NCBI GenBank assembly: GCA_964016885.1
Contig: OZ024749.1
Span: 17,608,001-17,672,000, forward strand
DNA length: 64,000 bases
Direction of reading: 5' to 3'
Origin: Eledone cirrhosa
Lineage: Eukaryota
In this document: one piece after another, positions 1 to 12,539 of the stretch
Numbering within the stretch: position 1 is the first letter of the stretch
Layout: the number at the start of each line of letters is the position of its first letter
Made by a program: the position numbers and the translations under genes
Notes under the pieces: generated by a model
Told to the model about the DNA's origin: nothing
What the model saw: the letters and a program-made list of their open reading frames with translations, nothing else
Database searches by the model: none

Positions 1-1342
1 ATATTGCGCTTTATCTTCAAAAATATTCTTATTAGCTGAAATTCTAGAAATACGTTGCTGCACAGAGTTTACTATAGTGTTTTTAACGGATCTGGGGTGA
101 TTGGAGTTAAAATTAACGTAGTTTAAGTTCTCGTTTAGTTTGTGAAATGGATAATAAAGACCTGTGTTAAGGTTTAAAGTTACATCTAGAAAGTTAACTA
201 TTTTATAATTATTCTCTATTTCTACTTTAAGATTAAGGTAATTAAAAAATTGTATAATTTCTTTTCTTTTCCTATTTATTTCACAGTTATTATTTTCTAT
301 AAGTAAAAGCATGTCGTCGCGATATAAACCTCCGGTATTTTCCTATGTAGAGTATTATTAATAAAAAGCCCCACAAGATCCGTTATTTGTGCGGAATCGG
401 ATGACCCCATATTGATATCAAAATTACTATCTCTGTCTGCTCTAGTCCAGAGGTGGTTGTTAAATTTAATTAATGTTTTCCGTGCAGTTAAGATAATGTG
501 CATTTCATTACTAGTTAAGTCTGTATGTTTAAATGCATATGTTAGGGCTTTATTAAGTAAATTAGGAGTGATGGATGAGTAATAATTAGCAATATCCAAT
601 TGAATAAACTTATTATTATAGCTATATTTAATGTATTTAAACCAGTCGATAACTTCATTAGTTCCTTTCCATAATTTTAAATAAGATAATTCCTTAATTT
701 GTGGTATGATTCTGTCTTAAATATTCTTGCTAAGTATGCCAAGGTCCGATTTAGATGGTGCAATCAATCTAACTGGTAATTCAATTTCAAAATTCCTTTT
801 ATGGTCCTTCATATTAATTTTTGGTTTCCTAGGCATGAAGGGTTGTGTCCTATTTTCGATGCCTAATTCCTGCATTATGTAAGTAGCTTCCGTATTCAGT
901 TTTTCAAGGTCATCGTTGGTTGTTTTTTTGTATTTCTTCCTTAATTCCTTCAATATAAGATCGTTATAAATATCCTTTTGCATTCCATAGAGATTGTTCG
1001 TTTTATCTGACATGACTAGAATTTTTTTCCGTTTTTTCAAAGCTTTCTATATTAGTTTTGAGATTTCTTAGGTAATCCTGGATTTCGAAGTTGTTTTTTT
1101 TTAAATTTAATGCTTTGAATGATAGAGATGATCTCATTTTCAAAATCCATTAGTAGTTTGTTAGAAGGTGGATTCTTTTTAGATTTGAAGATTCTATTGC
1201 GCATCAGATTTATCGAAGTGGAAAGCTCGCCACCTGAGTCTTCTTATAAATGAGTCTGATTTTTCTATTAGTTGTTTTATAAAGATTTATTCCTAGGTAA
1301 AGGTATGTCCTTTAGAGAAGAAGAGATCTTAAAGAATTCCAT
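1..1342 (-). pseudogene. Penelope-like element (Naiad-like) reverse transcriptase ORF, disrupted; continues beyond window start
   Basis: Minus-strand frames read MEFFKISSSLKDIP, FIRRLRWRAFHF, SDKTNNLY, KDHKRNF..RLIAPSKSDLG, DIANYYSSI, FDINMGSSDSAQITDLVG, GLYRDD (313-324), NFLDVTLNL and SNHP. One in-frame TAA (717-719) and frameshifts. Motif style resembles the Naiad clade (from recall, not a search). Confidence 0.85.
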
Positions 1343-1518
1343 TATTATTCAGTTATAATTTAAAGCGCTCAACAGTAAAGGAGCAACATATATGTAGAGG
1401 TTATATTTAATTTGTTGGGATACAACAAGCAAAATATTTTTTATAACTGATATAAAGCACCCAACAAATTATTGGAGTAAATATTAACAAATGTAAACTA
1501 TATTTATAAAACCATATT

Positions 1519-1584
1519 TATTTCATTATACATATTTCAAGGGCCACCAAGGCAGATTATGGTGCGCTTTCATCAGATAAAATA
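1519..1584 (-). ncRNA. Minimal type-I hammerhead ribozyme (sense to the PLE ORF)
   Basis: Reverse complement reads TATTTTAT-CTGATGA-[AAGCGCACCA..TGGTGGCCCTT]-GAAA-TATGTA-TA-ATGAAATA. Confidence 0.75.
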
Positions 1585-2102
1585 TAATATAGATTAGTTT
1601 TATAAATAAATATTGACATACCCTGAAAAATGCAACCTTCACGGTTGGTGTCTCCTGGATAGTGGAAAAAATAGATTTATCGTTGGTTTATTATGCAAAT
1701 TAGTGTCGGAAAGGTTTAAATAACAGTATATTTAAATTAAGCCGTTGGAAGAGGAGAAAGAGGAAAAGAAGTTGTTTATATCCACTTTTTGCCAGTGGGA
1801 TAGAGTAAACGTGAGTATATTTAAGTGAGAGAGAATATTAGTTATAAGGACAGCAATAGCGTAATTTTGTTTACGCTATGAGAAAAGAAGTGAAGAAATG
1901 AATATAGCATGGATGAATAATAGCCGGATTCATTATAATGATAGGTTGAACAATTTTATCTAAGGTTTAATTAATAAATTTGATTAAATGTTTAATTAAT
2001 AATTTATTAATTCAATCATTAGTTTAAAATTCAACCTATCATTAAAATTAATCCGGCTATTATTCAGGGTATGTCAATATTTATTTATAAAACTAATCTA
2101 TA

Positions 2103-2168
2103 TATTTTATCTGATGAAAGCGCACCATAATCTGCGTTGGTGGCCCTTGAAATATGTATAATGAAATA
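2103..2168 (+). ncRNA. Minimal type-I hammerhead ribozyme (inverted copy)
   Basis: TATTTTAT CTGATGA aagcgcacca..tggtggccctt GAAA TATGTA TA ATGAAATA. Confidence 0.75.
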
Positions 2169-2206
2169 AATATGGTTTTATAAATATAGTTTCCATTTGT
2201 TAATAT

Positions 2207-2247
<41 letters not shown>

Positions 2248-2481
2248 ATAATAATAAATTTGAAGACTAAAATCCAAAGAGGGCTCGATGAGGATGAATA
2301 GCAGCGATTCTTTGCTTAAACTTTAATCTGTTATTTTAATAAATATATATATATATATGTAGGTGAGTTTTATTGTAGTACAATAAAGCAATGCAGATAT
2401 CGGATAAGAAGCACTCTACAGTTTGTAGGACTGGAGTATACATAATATATAAGATCAAAAGATGGTTAAATGAGTTCCATG

Positions 2482-2552
2482 TATTTTATTATGCGCATTT
2501 CAAAAACAAATATCATCATGCAATAACATTTGTGTTTTCATCAGATAAAATA
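2482..2552 (-). ncRNA. Type-I hammerhead ribozyme with intact core
   Basis: Reverse complement: TATTTTAT-CTGATGA-long stem II-GAAA-TGCGCA (palindromic stem III)-TA-ATAAAATA, with a perfect 8-bp stem I. Confidence 0.85.
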
Positions 2553-2622
2553 GGAAAACATGATATGTTGATTTAAAACTGCACTATCCACAAGTGTTTT
2601 TAACCTTCATATCATGTCTTCC

Positions 2623-2693
2623 TATTTTATCTAATGAAAACACAAATGTTATTGCATGATGATATTTGTTTTTGAAATGCGCATAATAAAATA
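2623..2693 (+). ncRNA. Hammerhead copy with G5A core mutation (predicted inactive)
   Basis: Same fold, but the core reads CTAATGA at 2631-2637. Confidence 0.7.
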
Positions 2694-2723
2694 CATGGAA
2701 CTCATTTAACCATCTTTTGATCT

Positions 2724-2875
<152 letters not shown>

Positions 2876-3200
2876 AGAATTATGTGTGTAATAAATTATG
2901 TGTTGTAATAAATCAAGATATTTCACTTCAGATAGAAAAGTTCACAGTGTTTGTGTTGTGGTGGAAAACGAAATAATACGTACTTTAGTTTTCAAGACCA
3001 AATATAAAGTCAAGAAAAGTTAGTAAAAACTAAATGTTCCCTGATTTCTGATTAAAATAATATTTTCCTGTCCTGTAAAATGTTGAACAACCACTTCAAT
3101 ATTTAATAATGCAGGTGATAAAACAACAATTATAAGGTAAATAAGTCACCTTATGTTATTTACAAACATTAACGTTCACCTTAATATGAAATAATCACCA

Positions 3201-4134
3201 TCTATATATATAAAACTGTGGTTGTCTGTCTGTCTATCGATTTTTGGCACACATCTCCTCTTAGAATCTCTCACGGAATTGCACCGAAATTGCTATACTT
3301 GTACATTGAGCCCTAGCGAAGACATCGGAAAAAAAAATTTCAAATTGACCCACCCTATGTGACGAAATCGAATATAATATATCGATTTTTGAGCGTAAGT
3401 TATCAGTTATTTCCCTTTGTTCTGTTTACATTGAGCGTCTTACGTAAAAAATTACGCTGGCTTTAACAGTTGTCGAGCCAGCAAAATATTGACCTGCAAA
3501 ATTCATCAGTTCGAACACTAACCTTCCGTTTTGCTTCATTTCCATTTAAAAGCATTTTAAAACAATATTTTTACTTGAAAACAAGTCTATTTAAAGACTA
3601 CGTAAAACAAGCAAATATTTCGTCCTTAGGCGTGCAGACAGACAGTCGTGCAGAGAGGTGATATACGCGTGCAGACAGATAGTCGTGCAGAGAGGTGATA
3701 TAGGCGTGCAGACAGACAGTCGTGCAGAGAGGTGATATAGGCGTGCAGACAGACAGTCGTGCAGAGAGGTGATATAGGCGTGCAGACAGACAGTCGTGCA
3801 GAGAGGTGATATAGGCGTGCAGACAGACATAACTGATAATTTGGTTACGCTAATGTTTTTCTCTGCGTTGCAGTGTTTACATTTTCGATCTTTGTTAATA
3901 AATAACCAGTGCAGTTTCTATCCCCAGCATCCTCTTTTGTTATAACATTCGGGTTATCGTTATGTTTTCTTAACTTCATAAGGCATATTGTTGGTTGAGG
4001 GAATATTAATCAAAAACACCACATGCAAGTCTGCACAGTAGACACTACAGTTTTTAAGCCAAGAAAGAAACTTAACATTGTAACTTTAACACAGCTACTG
4101 AGCGACCCCGAGCAACGCCGGGCTTTACTGCTAG
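3201..4134 (+). mobile_element. Non-autonomous Helitron with internal minisatellite
   Basis: Starts TCTATATATATAAAA, ends with hairpin CCCGAGCAACGCCGGG then CTAG. Inserted between A and T with no TSD; the empty site aatcacca|taaaagataaaa is seen at ~21300 and ~41100. Confidence 0.9.
3630..3829 (+). repeat. 37-bp minisatellite, ~5.4 copies
   Basis: Unit cgtgcagacagacagtcgtgcagagaggtgatatagg. Confidence 0.95.
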
Positions 4135-4434
4135 TAAAAGATAAAATTAGATGAGGTTTAATTTGTAACAATGGAGCTGATATAAATGGTAATATTTCAC
4201 TGTCTAGTTGACACCGGTGTCATGTCTTAAAAGTCCCCTACATAATTTAATACATTCAGAAACAACTCCCGTTATGTTAATTCACACCTTCAATCGATAT
4301 GTTAGTAATTTATTCAGATTTGTATAAATAACATTATTAATGTTACATAACTGTTCATATTAAAACAAAACACAATATTAAAGGTAATAAACTAGAAATG
4401 TAAAGAACGAAAAAGGAAAACGAATGAAGCAACT

Positions 4435-4622
4435 AAAATAATTGTTTCTATTTTTGGCACAAGGCCAGCAATTGAATGAAAGGCAGTTTCATCCAAGTTA
4501 GACCCATTAAGGATGAAAGGCAAAGTTAATCTCGGCAGGATTTGAATTCTGACCGTAAAGGGACGTGACTCTATGCTGCAAAGCATGGCGTCCGACCCTC
4601 TACTCATACTGCCAATCCACCT
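4435..4622 (-). mobile_element. tRNA-derived SINE (Meta-domain-like)
   Basis: Reverse complement of the family best seen at 49959-50143. More minus copies at ~5430-5640, 6415-6595, 10860-11010, 14180-14335, 21610-21800, 33843-34015, 50290-50420 and 62510-62696. Confidence 0.8.
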
Positions 4623-6036
4623 AATGGGAGAAGGACAGACTCTATACTCCTGTGTGAGCTGTAACTCAGCCCCACCCTACAGACAAAATGGCAAAGGTGT
4701 TACCACAGAGAATAACTAGAGACACCCACTGCAACATCCACTCCACATATTTAAAGCATTTTTAAATATGAATTATTTCTAAACAAAGTCATAATATTAA
4801 CTGTGATGAAAGTACCATCCAATAAATAATAACCCTTTAATGTTTAAACCGGCCCGAATTCTCTACCTTTTTCTGTTGAAACTGGTCACTCAAACTGATG
4901 TTATGGTATTTTTCTCAAAATAAATACTTTCAAAATCTCATAGATTCGATATTATGTGAGATAATTATGTGAGATAAAGCATTTACCATTAAAATATAAT
5001 AGTATATATAGAATACTGTGGGTACTAAAGGGTTAAAGTTATAAAATTGTTTTTATTTTCTCATAAATGTGGATATTTTGTCACAAATATAAACATAAAC
5101 CAGTTAGGTATTATAAAATAAACACATAATTCTTTTATTTTGTCTGTTGAACTGATGTAGTCATAGGGGTGTCACTGTGGCCATTTGAAGTTTGGTGGAG
5201 CCCTTCACTCTCCAGGTTAGAATAGTTGATTTCTTCCAGAGAAGGAGAAAGAAATATAGAGAGGAAGACTGGTATTGTTTTTTGTGATAGACTGGTATTG
5301 TTTTTTGTCAACCTTGAATGGACAAAAGACAAAGTTGACTTCAGCAGGATTTAAACTCAGAGAGCAGAGAACGAGAACACATATGGCAGAAAGCATTATA
5401 TACATTGTTACATACATAGACATTAGATAATTGTTTCTACTTTTGACACAAGGCTGGCTATTTGAAGGAAAGAGGAATGGAACCCCAACGCATTACTGGT
5501 ACTTTATTTCATCCACCCTGTAAGGATGAAAGGCAAAGTTGACCTTGGCAGGATTTAAACAAAGAACATAAAGGGTTGTAACTATATGTCACAAAGCATG
5601 TTGTTTGATGCTCTACTAATTCTACCAAACCACCACCCACAGCAATAAAATAAGATTGCGTCTCTATAAGAAACCTTAATGACAAATAACATGAAGTAGA
5701 ACTTTCTACAGGGTGTATTTGTGGATTACGATACAAAACCTGAGAATAATTTCTAACATATTTCACCATAATAAATGTTCATTAATATATATTATTATTT
5801 CGTGGCATTCTTGAGATCATTAATCCCTACCTGAACATCCCTAGACATCTGATCTATGTAGGTCATTTTCAGTCATCCCATTAGGGTCTTGCTATGTTTT
5901 GGTATCTACCACAGGAGCCAGCTCGTTGGGTCATCCATTCATCGGTAGGAATGTCCAGGATATCTTGTCCTCGGCTCCCTAGTTATTGTGGTAATCTTTG
6001 ATATATGGCAGTTTATTTCTTCCAATTGATAGAGGA

Positions 6037-6086
<50 letters not shown>

Positions 6087-6180
6087 CACAAATTTAAATA
6101 ATTTTGAAAACCATACAAAGTACTAGAAAATTAAAATTTCCAAGATAACAATAGAATCATTACCTTAGCAAATTAAATAA

Positions 6181-6220
6181 TCCCAAATATTTTCAAGTTT
6201 AAAAACCTATTATCAAGGGA
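6181..6220 (-). ncRNA. Degenerate hammerhead-like motif (U3-A8 core variant)
   Basis: Reverse complement: TCCC-TTGATAA-t-AGGTT..AACTT-GAAA-ATAT-TT-GGGA. Cleavage triplet would be UUU and there is one extra nt after the core. Confidence 0.45.
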
Positions 6221-7956
6221 GAATTAGAATAACTTCCATTATGTTAATTCACACGTTTAATCAATATGCTAGTAATTTATTCAGATTTGTATAAATAACA
6301 TTATGAATTTTGCATGACTGTTCATATTAAAACAAAACACATTTTTAAAAGTAAAAAAATATTTAAGAAATGGAAATGTAAAGCAGAAAAACGAAAACGA
6401 ATCAAGCAACGAAAATAATTTTTTCTACTTTTGGCAGCGGGCCAGCAATTATCCCAGTGTATTACTGATTTTATCCACCCTGTAAGGATGAAAGGCAAAG
6501 TTAACCTCGGCGGGATTTGAACTCAGACCATAAAGGGTCGTAACTCTTTGCTGCAAAGCATGGCGTCCGACCCTCTACCAATACTGCCAATCCATGGAAA
6601 TGTAAAGAAGAAAAACGAAAACGTATCTAGCAACGAAAATAATGGGAGAGAGGGAGAGGGACAGACACTATATTGCAGTCTGAACTGTGATTCAGCGCCA
6701 CCCTACAGACAAAATGGCAAAGGTGTTACCATAGAGAATAGTCAAAGACACTGCAGCATACACCCCATCTCACGGGACTCCTTCCTCAAGGGGGCTGCTG
6801 TCTTTCTAATTTTGAGGAGAAAATCAGCAGTGTGGGGACAAAGATGACATGGTTAGTCAGGCCCTGGTATTTAACTATCTTCCTCTTCTCTCTATTACAG
6901 GTAGTAAAGCTTGGGTTTGTGACTGAAGTGAAAAGGTTGGAGGCAGGGAATGATCCAACCCATGCTAAACCTCCAACTAAAGCTGCTACTTGTCTTTTTC
7001 AGCTGTGGTGATTAGAGACATGTGGAATGTTGTGTCTTGCTTAAGGACACAATGTATCTCCCTGACTGAGAATTGAAAACATGATATTGCAATATGCTGT
7101 ATGACTTCACTATAAAATATATGTTTGTATACATATATATAAGTATATATTTGTGTGTATACATTGTCATATTCAATGAGAGTAACTTGGTCAGCCTATG
7201 AACTCTTCAGCCGAACATTGTATATAAATATACATGTTTGTCAGTGTGTGTGTACATATGTATATATAATGTTGTCAAAACTTCTATATACACGATATTT
7301 AATATTGTCCAATATATATAGACCATATATAATGCTGTCCGAAGGAATGGCTGAAACAGCTTGACCTCAGTGATGTCACAGCTCATCATCATTTAATGTT
7401 CAGTTTCCCTGCTAGCAAGGGTTAGACAGGTTGTCTTCAAAGACCAAGGTGGGGTTGGGGTCCTCCATTCAGTTACATATGGTCACACCTACTGGGTGTA
7501 TTTTGTTGTTGCACCAATACTAAAGTGATTGTCATGTCTTTTACACAGCAGAAGGGTCCGCTCAACCCTTTTTTTTAGCAAATTATCGATAGCTGGATGC
7601 CCTTCCTATCACCAGTATTCATCATATATATATATATGTATATATATACGTATGTATATATGCACTATACAGTCAATATATATACACTACATATATGTAT
7701 ATATATGTATGTATATATGCACTATACAGTCTATATATATACAATCCGGTACTTGGATTTTCAACAAAGAAGTCCAGCGATCTATGTTTACGCATTAAGT
7801 TCAAATCAGCGACTGGCCAGTAACATGTGCTGTATCTACTAGAAATACACACATCATACCAGCTCGTCCCAGTGGCGTGAATAGGGTTATCAACAACTAG
7901 AAACAGCAGTCAAGTCCTTTCAACAGAGTTAGCTCTAAAATTAAGGAGCCGTATTT

Positions 7957-8580
7957 ATATATCTATATCCAAAATTAAGATAAATCAAAATGAATTTAAT
8001 CTAAATCAAATTATGTGTGTCATGCCAGAAAGGCATGCGCCATATCACCCGCAAAATAAGCTCTAATATTCTAATGAATAGGTCCGAGTATTTTATAACA
8101 ACTAGAAATTGATTAACATATAAATAAACATGAATAATCACAGGAGATAATTTTTACAAGTGTGTAAGCACACATAGCTAGGTAGGTAACTAAATAAAGT
8201 TAACTAGAACTTCAAAAATAGATACCTTATAATATGATTAATCTTCCCTGTATATATTCCATTAAAGAAATATATTTCACCAATTAATTGAATGGTAAAC
8301 GGCGGATGCCGGTACTATTTTTGAAGTTCTAGTTAACTTTATTTAGTTTCCTACCTAGCTATGTGTGCTTACACACTTGTAAATTATCCCCTGTGATTAT
8401 TCATGTTTATTTATATGTTAATCAATTTCTAGTTGTTATAAAATGCTTGGACCTATTCATTAGAATCTTAGAGCTTATTTTGCGGGTGATATGGTGCATG
8501 CCTTTCTGGCATGACACCCATAATTTTGATTTAGATTAAATTCATTTTGATTTATGTTAATTTTGGATATATATATATAT
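7957..8580. repeat. Long fold-back element (~260-bp arms, ~93-bp spacer) between TA-rich tracts
   Basis: 7957-8221 is the reverse complement of 8315-8580 with few mismatches. Confidence 0.95.
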
Positions 8581-8622
8581 ATGCACTATACAGTCTATAT
8601 ATATACACTACATATATATATA

Positions 8623-8761
8623 CCGTATTTCCCATTCTCGAAGACGCACCCTAATTTTGACAACCTAAAATTTGAAAATAAAAAATAAACCTTCGGACGT
8701 ATGGTAGATTTTTACAACTTATTTTAAGAAAAAGTAGCGTATTTGACGCCGGTAAGTACAG
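8623..8761. mobile_element. Tc1/mariner (pogo/Tigger-like) MITE remnant
   Basis: TA-CCGTATTTCCC ... CGGTAAGTACAG-TA: imperfect TIRs and TA TSD. Confidence 0.55.
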
Positions 8762-8869
8762 TAGTATATATTCTATACATAAAATGTATTATGTTATCCA
8801 AAGGGAGGTCAATGGTGCCAATGTCTTCACAACTAATATATACACTATATATATATCCTCTATATATAC

Positions 8870-9410
8870 TGGCCAGTATTCTGAGCAACAGTGTCAACAT
8901 TGAGCCGAACATCAACTGCAGGGTTGTAAAGGTGATTGCGGTGTTCCAATGGATGCACTCCATCTGGTCAAACAGAGCCATCAGCATCTATTTTAAACTC
9001 TGCTTGTACACTAGCATTGTACTGCCCGTGGCCATCTCTGATTGTGAAACATGGAAACGCACTGTGAAGATGGATTGGTCTCTAAAAACTTTCCATCAAA
9101 GGAGCCTACATAAGATTCTAAAGGTCAGCTGGAGAGATGCTGTGGAGTGCAGGGTCACATCCACTGCAGGAGATCATCATGGAATGTTGGTTCCATTTTG
9201 CGGGTCACATTCTGCACCTCCCAGAAGATCACCCATCCAAAACAGCAATGACATGGATTCCCCTTGAAGGCAAGTGGAAAAGAGGCCAGCTGCAGATGAC
9301 CTGGTGGAACACGTTCCAAAATGACCCACAAACTGTCAACATCAGCTGGCATGGATGTCAATAAGCTGTCACCAACTGAAATCATTGGAGACAATTAGTT
9401 GACCTGATGG
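8870..9410 (+). mobile_element. RTE-clade LINE 3' fragment (RT C-terminus)
   Basis: KLCLYTSIVLPVAISDCETW..FHQRSLHKILKVSWRD, FAGHILHL, GKWKRGQLQMTW. Related copies at ~34190-34630, 42430-42950 and 62870-63310. Confidence 0.85.
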
Positions 9411-9822
9411 AACAATCTGGACTAAGAACTAAAGAGCTATACATACCATGTTATCGCTATATATATATTCAGTACACACAATATATATAGACTATATGAT
9501 GTTGTCCAAAGGAAAGTGAAAGGCCGATATAACTTGGAACTAGAGTTGTCACAACTTATTTTTTTCCAGCTGATTGAACTGAAGCAACATGAAATAAAAT
9601 GTTTTATTGTACAACAGAACATGCTGCCAAGCCCAGGAATTGAACTCACAAGTTTATCATTGAGTCCAACACTCTAACCAATACTCTATTACCTTTTACT
9701 CATGACTTCAAGGGATCCTGTGAAAACAAAGGCAATAATACACCATTGAGATGATCAACTGGTGAATCTATCAAATAAGATGACCATCATCATTCATTGT
9801 CTACTATCACTAAAACATAGGA

Positions 9823-10035
9823 AGACATGTAGCTTAGTGGTAAGAGAGTTGGATTGACAGCCATGAGGTTCTGAGTTCAATTCCTAGACTACGTAATGTG
9901 TTAAGTCCTTCAGCAAGACACTTTATTTCACCTTGCTCTATCTGCCAGGAGTTACAACTGGTAGATTGTAGATTACATCCTCAATTGGAAAGTCCAATGG
10001 AAACATTGTTTCCTTGGTCCAATCTGATGAGTTCC
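9823..10035 (+). mobile_element. tRNA-derived CORE-type SINE
   Basis: A-box (tagcttagtgg), B-box (gagttcaattcc) and CORE-like gtccttcagcaagacactttatttcac. Copies at ~35116, ~42177 and ~63797. Confidence 0.7.
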
Positions 10036-11203
10036 ACTCCACTTGGTAAGTAAGGTCTGAGATGTTGAGATTTGTTACAAAAAAAAAAATTACTATAATC
10101 AAGATACTGGGTTGATATAGCTACCTGGTTTGGATGTGTTGTGTTGTGGTATGATGTGTGTCTGTTGTGTGGGATGGGGTGTGTGTAGAGTGATGTAGTG
10201 TGTAGTGTATAGAGGAAATTTTACACACATAGGACATAGAAGAGGTGTGTGAGGACTCTACCCCCTACAACCCTCTCAGGAATGGGTAAAGATAAAGAGA
10301 AGGAAGTTGTAAAGTATTTTCAAATGTTAATTTATTTTAAAGTCCTAATTTGAACTGTCATGACCGTACCATCCAACAAATACTGAAGTTATAAAATTGA
10401 TTTTATTTAAACATAAATGTAGATATTTTGTCACAAATATGAATATAAACCAGTTAAGGTTTATAAAATAAACACATTAATCTTTTGTTTTGTTTTTTGT
10501 TCAAATGATGGAGTCATAGGGGTGTCACTGTGGACATTTAAAGCTTGGTGGAGCCCTTCACTCACCAGGTTGGAACAGTTGATTACTTCCAGAGAAGGAG
10601 AGAGAATGAGAGAGAGAGAAAAAGTGAGAAAGAAATATAGAGAGGAAGAACAGACCCTGTGGTAGACTGGTACTTTTTTGTTATCAACCTTGAATGGACG
10701 AAAGGCAAAGTTGACCTCAACAGGATTTAAACCCAGAGCAGAGAGCTAGAAAAAATATGGCAGAAAGCATTCTATCTATTGTTTTATAGACTTTAAATAA
10801 ATATTTCTACTTTTAACAGAAATTGGAATGGAAGGAGAAAGTTTATTAATTCAATCCCAGTGGTTTTACTGGTACTTTATTTTACTGAACCTCTGAGGAA
10901 GAAAAGTAAAGCTAACCTCAGCAAGATTTTAATACAGAATGTAAAGGGATGTAACTATATGACACAAAGCATATCATCTGAGACTCTACTGATTCTGAAA
11001 ATCCACCAGCCTCAACAATGAAATGAGATTGTGTCTCTATAAGAAAGCTTAATGACAAATAAAATGAAGTGGAACTTCCTTCAGAGTGTATTTGTGGATT
11101 ACAATACAAAACCTCTGTTCATTAATATATATCATTATCATTTATTAGGTCAGGTGGATTAGCCAGAACAATTCTACTCTCCTTTTTTAGATGTCACGAT
11201 CTT

Positions 11204-11930
11204 CTATGGCATTCCTGAGATCATTAATCTCCAGCTGGACATCATGTGGAAGGGTTTCTCTCCAGTGTGTATTGTCATATGTCTTTTCAAGTCACCACTC
11301 AACACAAAAGATTTCCCACATATTTCACAATGGTAGGGTTTTTCTCCAGTATGACTCCACATGTGGATGACAAGATTAGAATTATAAGTAAAATATTCCC
11401 CACATATTTTACAGTGGAAAGATTTTTCTCCAGTGTGTATTCTTTTGTGTTCTACAAGGTTAGAACTACGAGAAAAAGATTTACCACATATTTCACATGA
11501 ATAAGGTTTATCTCCTGTGTGTATTCTTTTGTGATCTCCAAGATGGACCTTCTGAGAGAAAGATTTCCCACATATTTCACTTGAAAAATTTTTTTCCCCT
11601 GCATGTATTCCTTTGTGTTTTACAAAATTAGCACCATGTGAAAAAGATTTTCCACATATTTCACATTGGAAGGGTTTTTCACCAGTGTGTGTTGTTTTGT
11701 TAACTCCAAGATAGGTCTTCTGAGAAAAACATTTCCCACATATTTCACAATGGTACGGTTTTTCACCAGTATAACTTCCCATGTGGATGACAAGTTTAGA
11801 ATTATCAGTGAAAGATTTCCCACATATTTCCCACTGGAAGGGTTTTTCTCCAGTGTGTATTTTCTCGTGTGAGGTTAGATTCAGTTTTGAAGGGAAAGTT
11901 TTCCTGCAAATCTCAGTTATATTCAGACAT
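11204..11930 (-). pseudogene. C2H2 zinc-finger gene, 5'-frameshifted (residual 192-aa ORF 11204-11782: 6 fingers, 4 intact)
   Basis: The paralogous start MSEY at 11930 is followed by a 2-nt deletion and stop. TGEKP linkers. The 3' end is fused to flank sequence. Confidence 0.8.
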
Positions 11931-12539
11931 ATTTCTAGCTAGTGATCTTTACATAAAGGATTCTCACCACTTTTACTTATATATTAAGAAATGTAGATAT
12001 CGTTAATATATGTTATGTTGTCTAATATACAAAGGGTCCATAAAAGACTGCAGAACTCCGCTTTCTTCTGTCACAAAGTTGTAATGTAGCATTTAGTTGG
12101 TACAAGTAATAAGATATATGACAGCCCAAGACTGATTTTCGCCGAAGAAAATTCAAGCTTATATTATATAATTCAATCAGAGAGTGGGAGAGGGGGGGGG
12201 GGAGATAGAGAGATGTGTGTGTGTAGAAATATGTGTGTACATGTTGTAATAAATCAAGATATTTCACTTCAGATAGGAAAGTTCACAATATGTGTGTTGT
12301 GATAGAAAACAAAATAATACGTACTTTAGTTTTCAAGACCAGATATAAAGTCAAGAAAAGTTAGTAAATACTAAATGTTCACTGATTTCTGATTAAAAAG
12401 ACATTTTCCTGTCCCGTAAAATGTTGAACAACCACCTCAATATTTAATAATACAGGTGATAAAACAACAACTATAAGGTAAATAACGTTATTTACAAACA
12501 TTACCGTCCACCTTAATATGAAATAATCACCATAAAAGA

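Larger units (their letters stand above)
1479..2206. repeat. Inverted pseudo-LTR pair at the 5' end of the Naiad-like element
   Basis: ~1479-1627 is the reverse complement of ~2063-2206; ~1914-1951 is the reverse complement of ~2029-2065. Followed by (TA)n. Confidence 0.85.

Noticed and set aside
3630-3829. 37-bp repeats resembling a CRISPR array
   Set aside because: Head-to-tail units with no unique spacers, eukaryotic context, inside a Helitron.
9985-10045. GAAAC..GTTTC..CTGATGA hammerhead-like words, repeated at ~13380, 18760, 35290 and 43270
   Set aside because: Stems I and II cannot be formed in any hammerhead topology; it is SINE-tail/cassette flank sequence.
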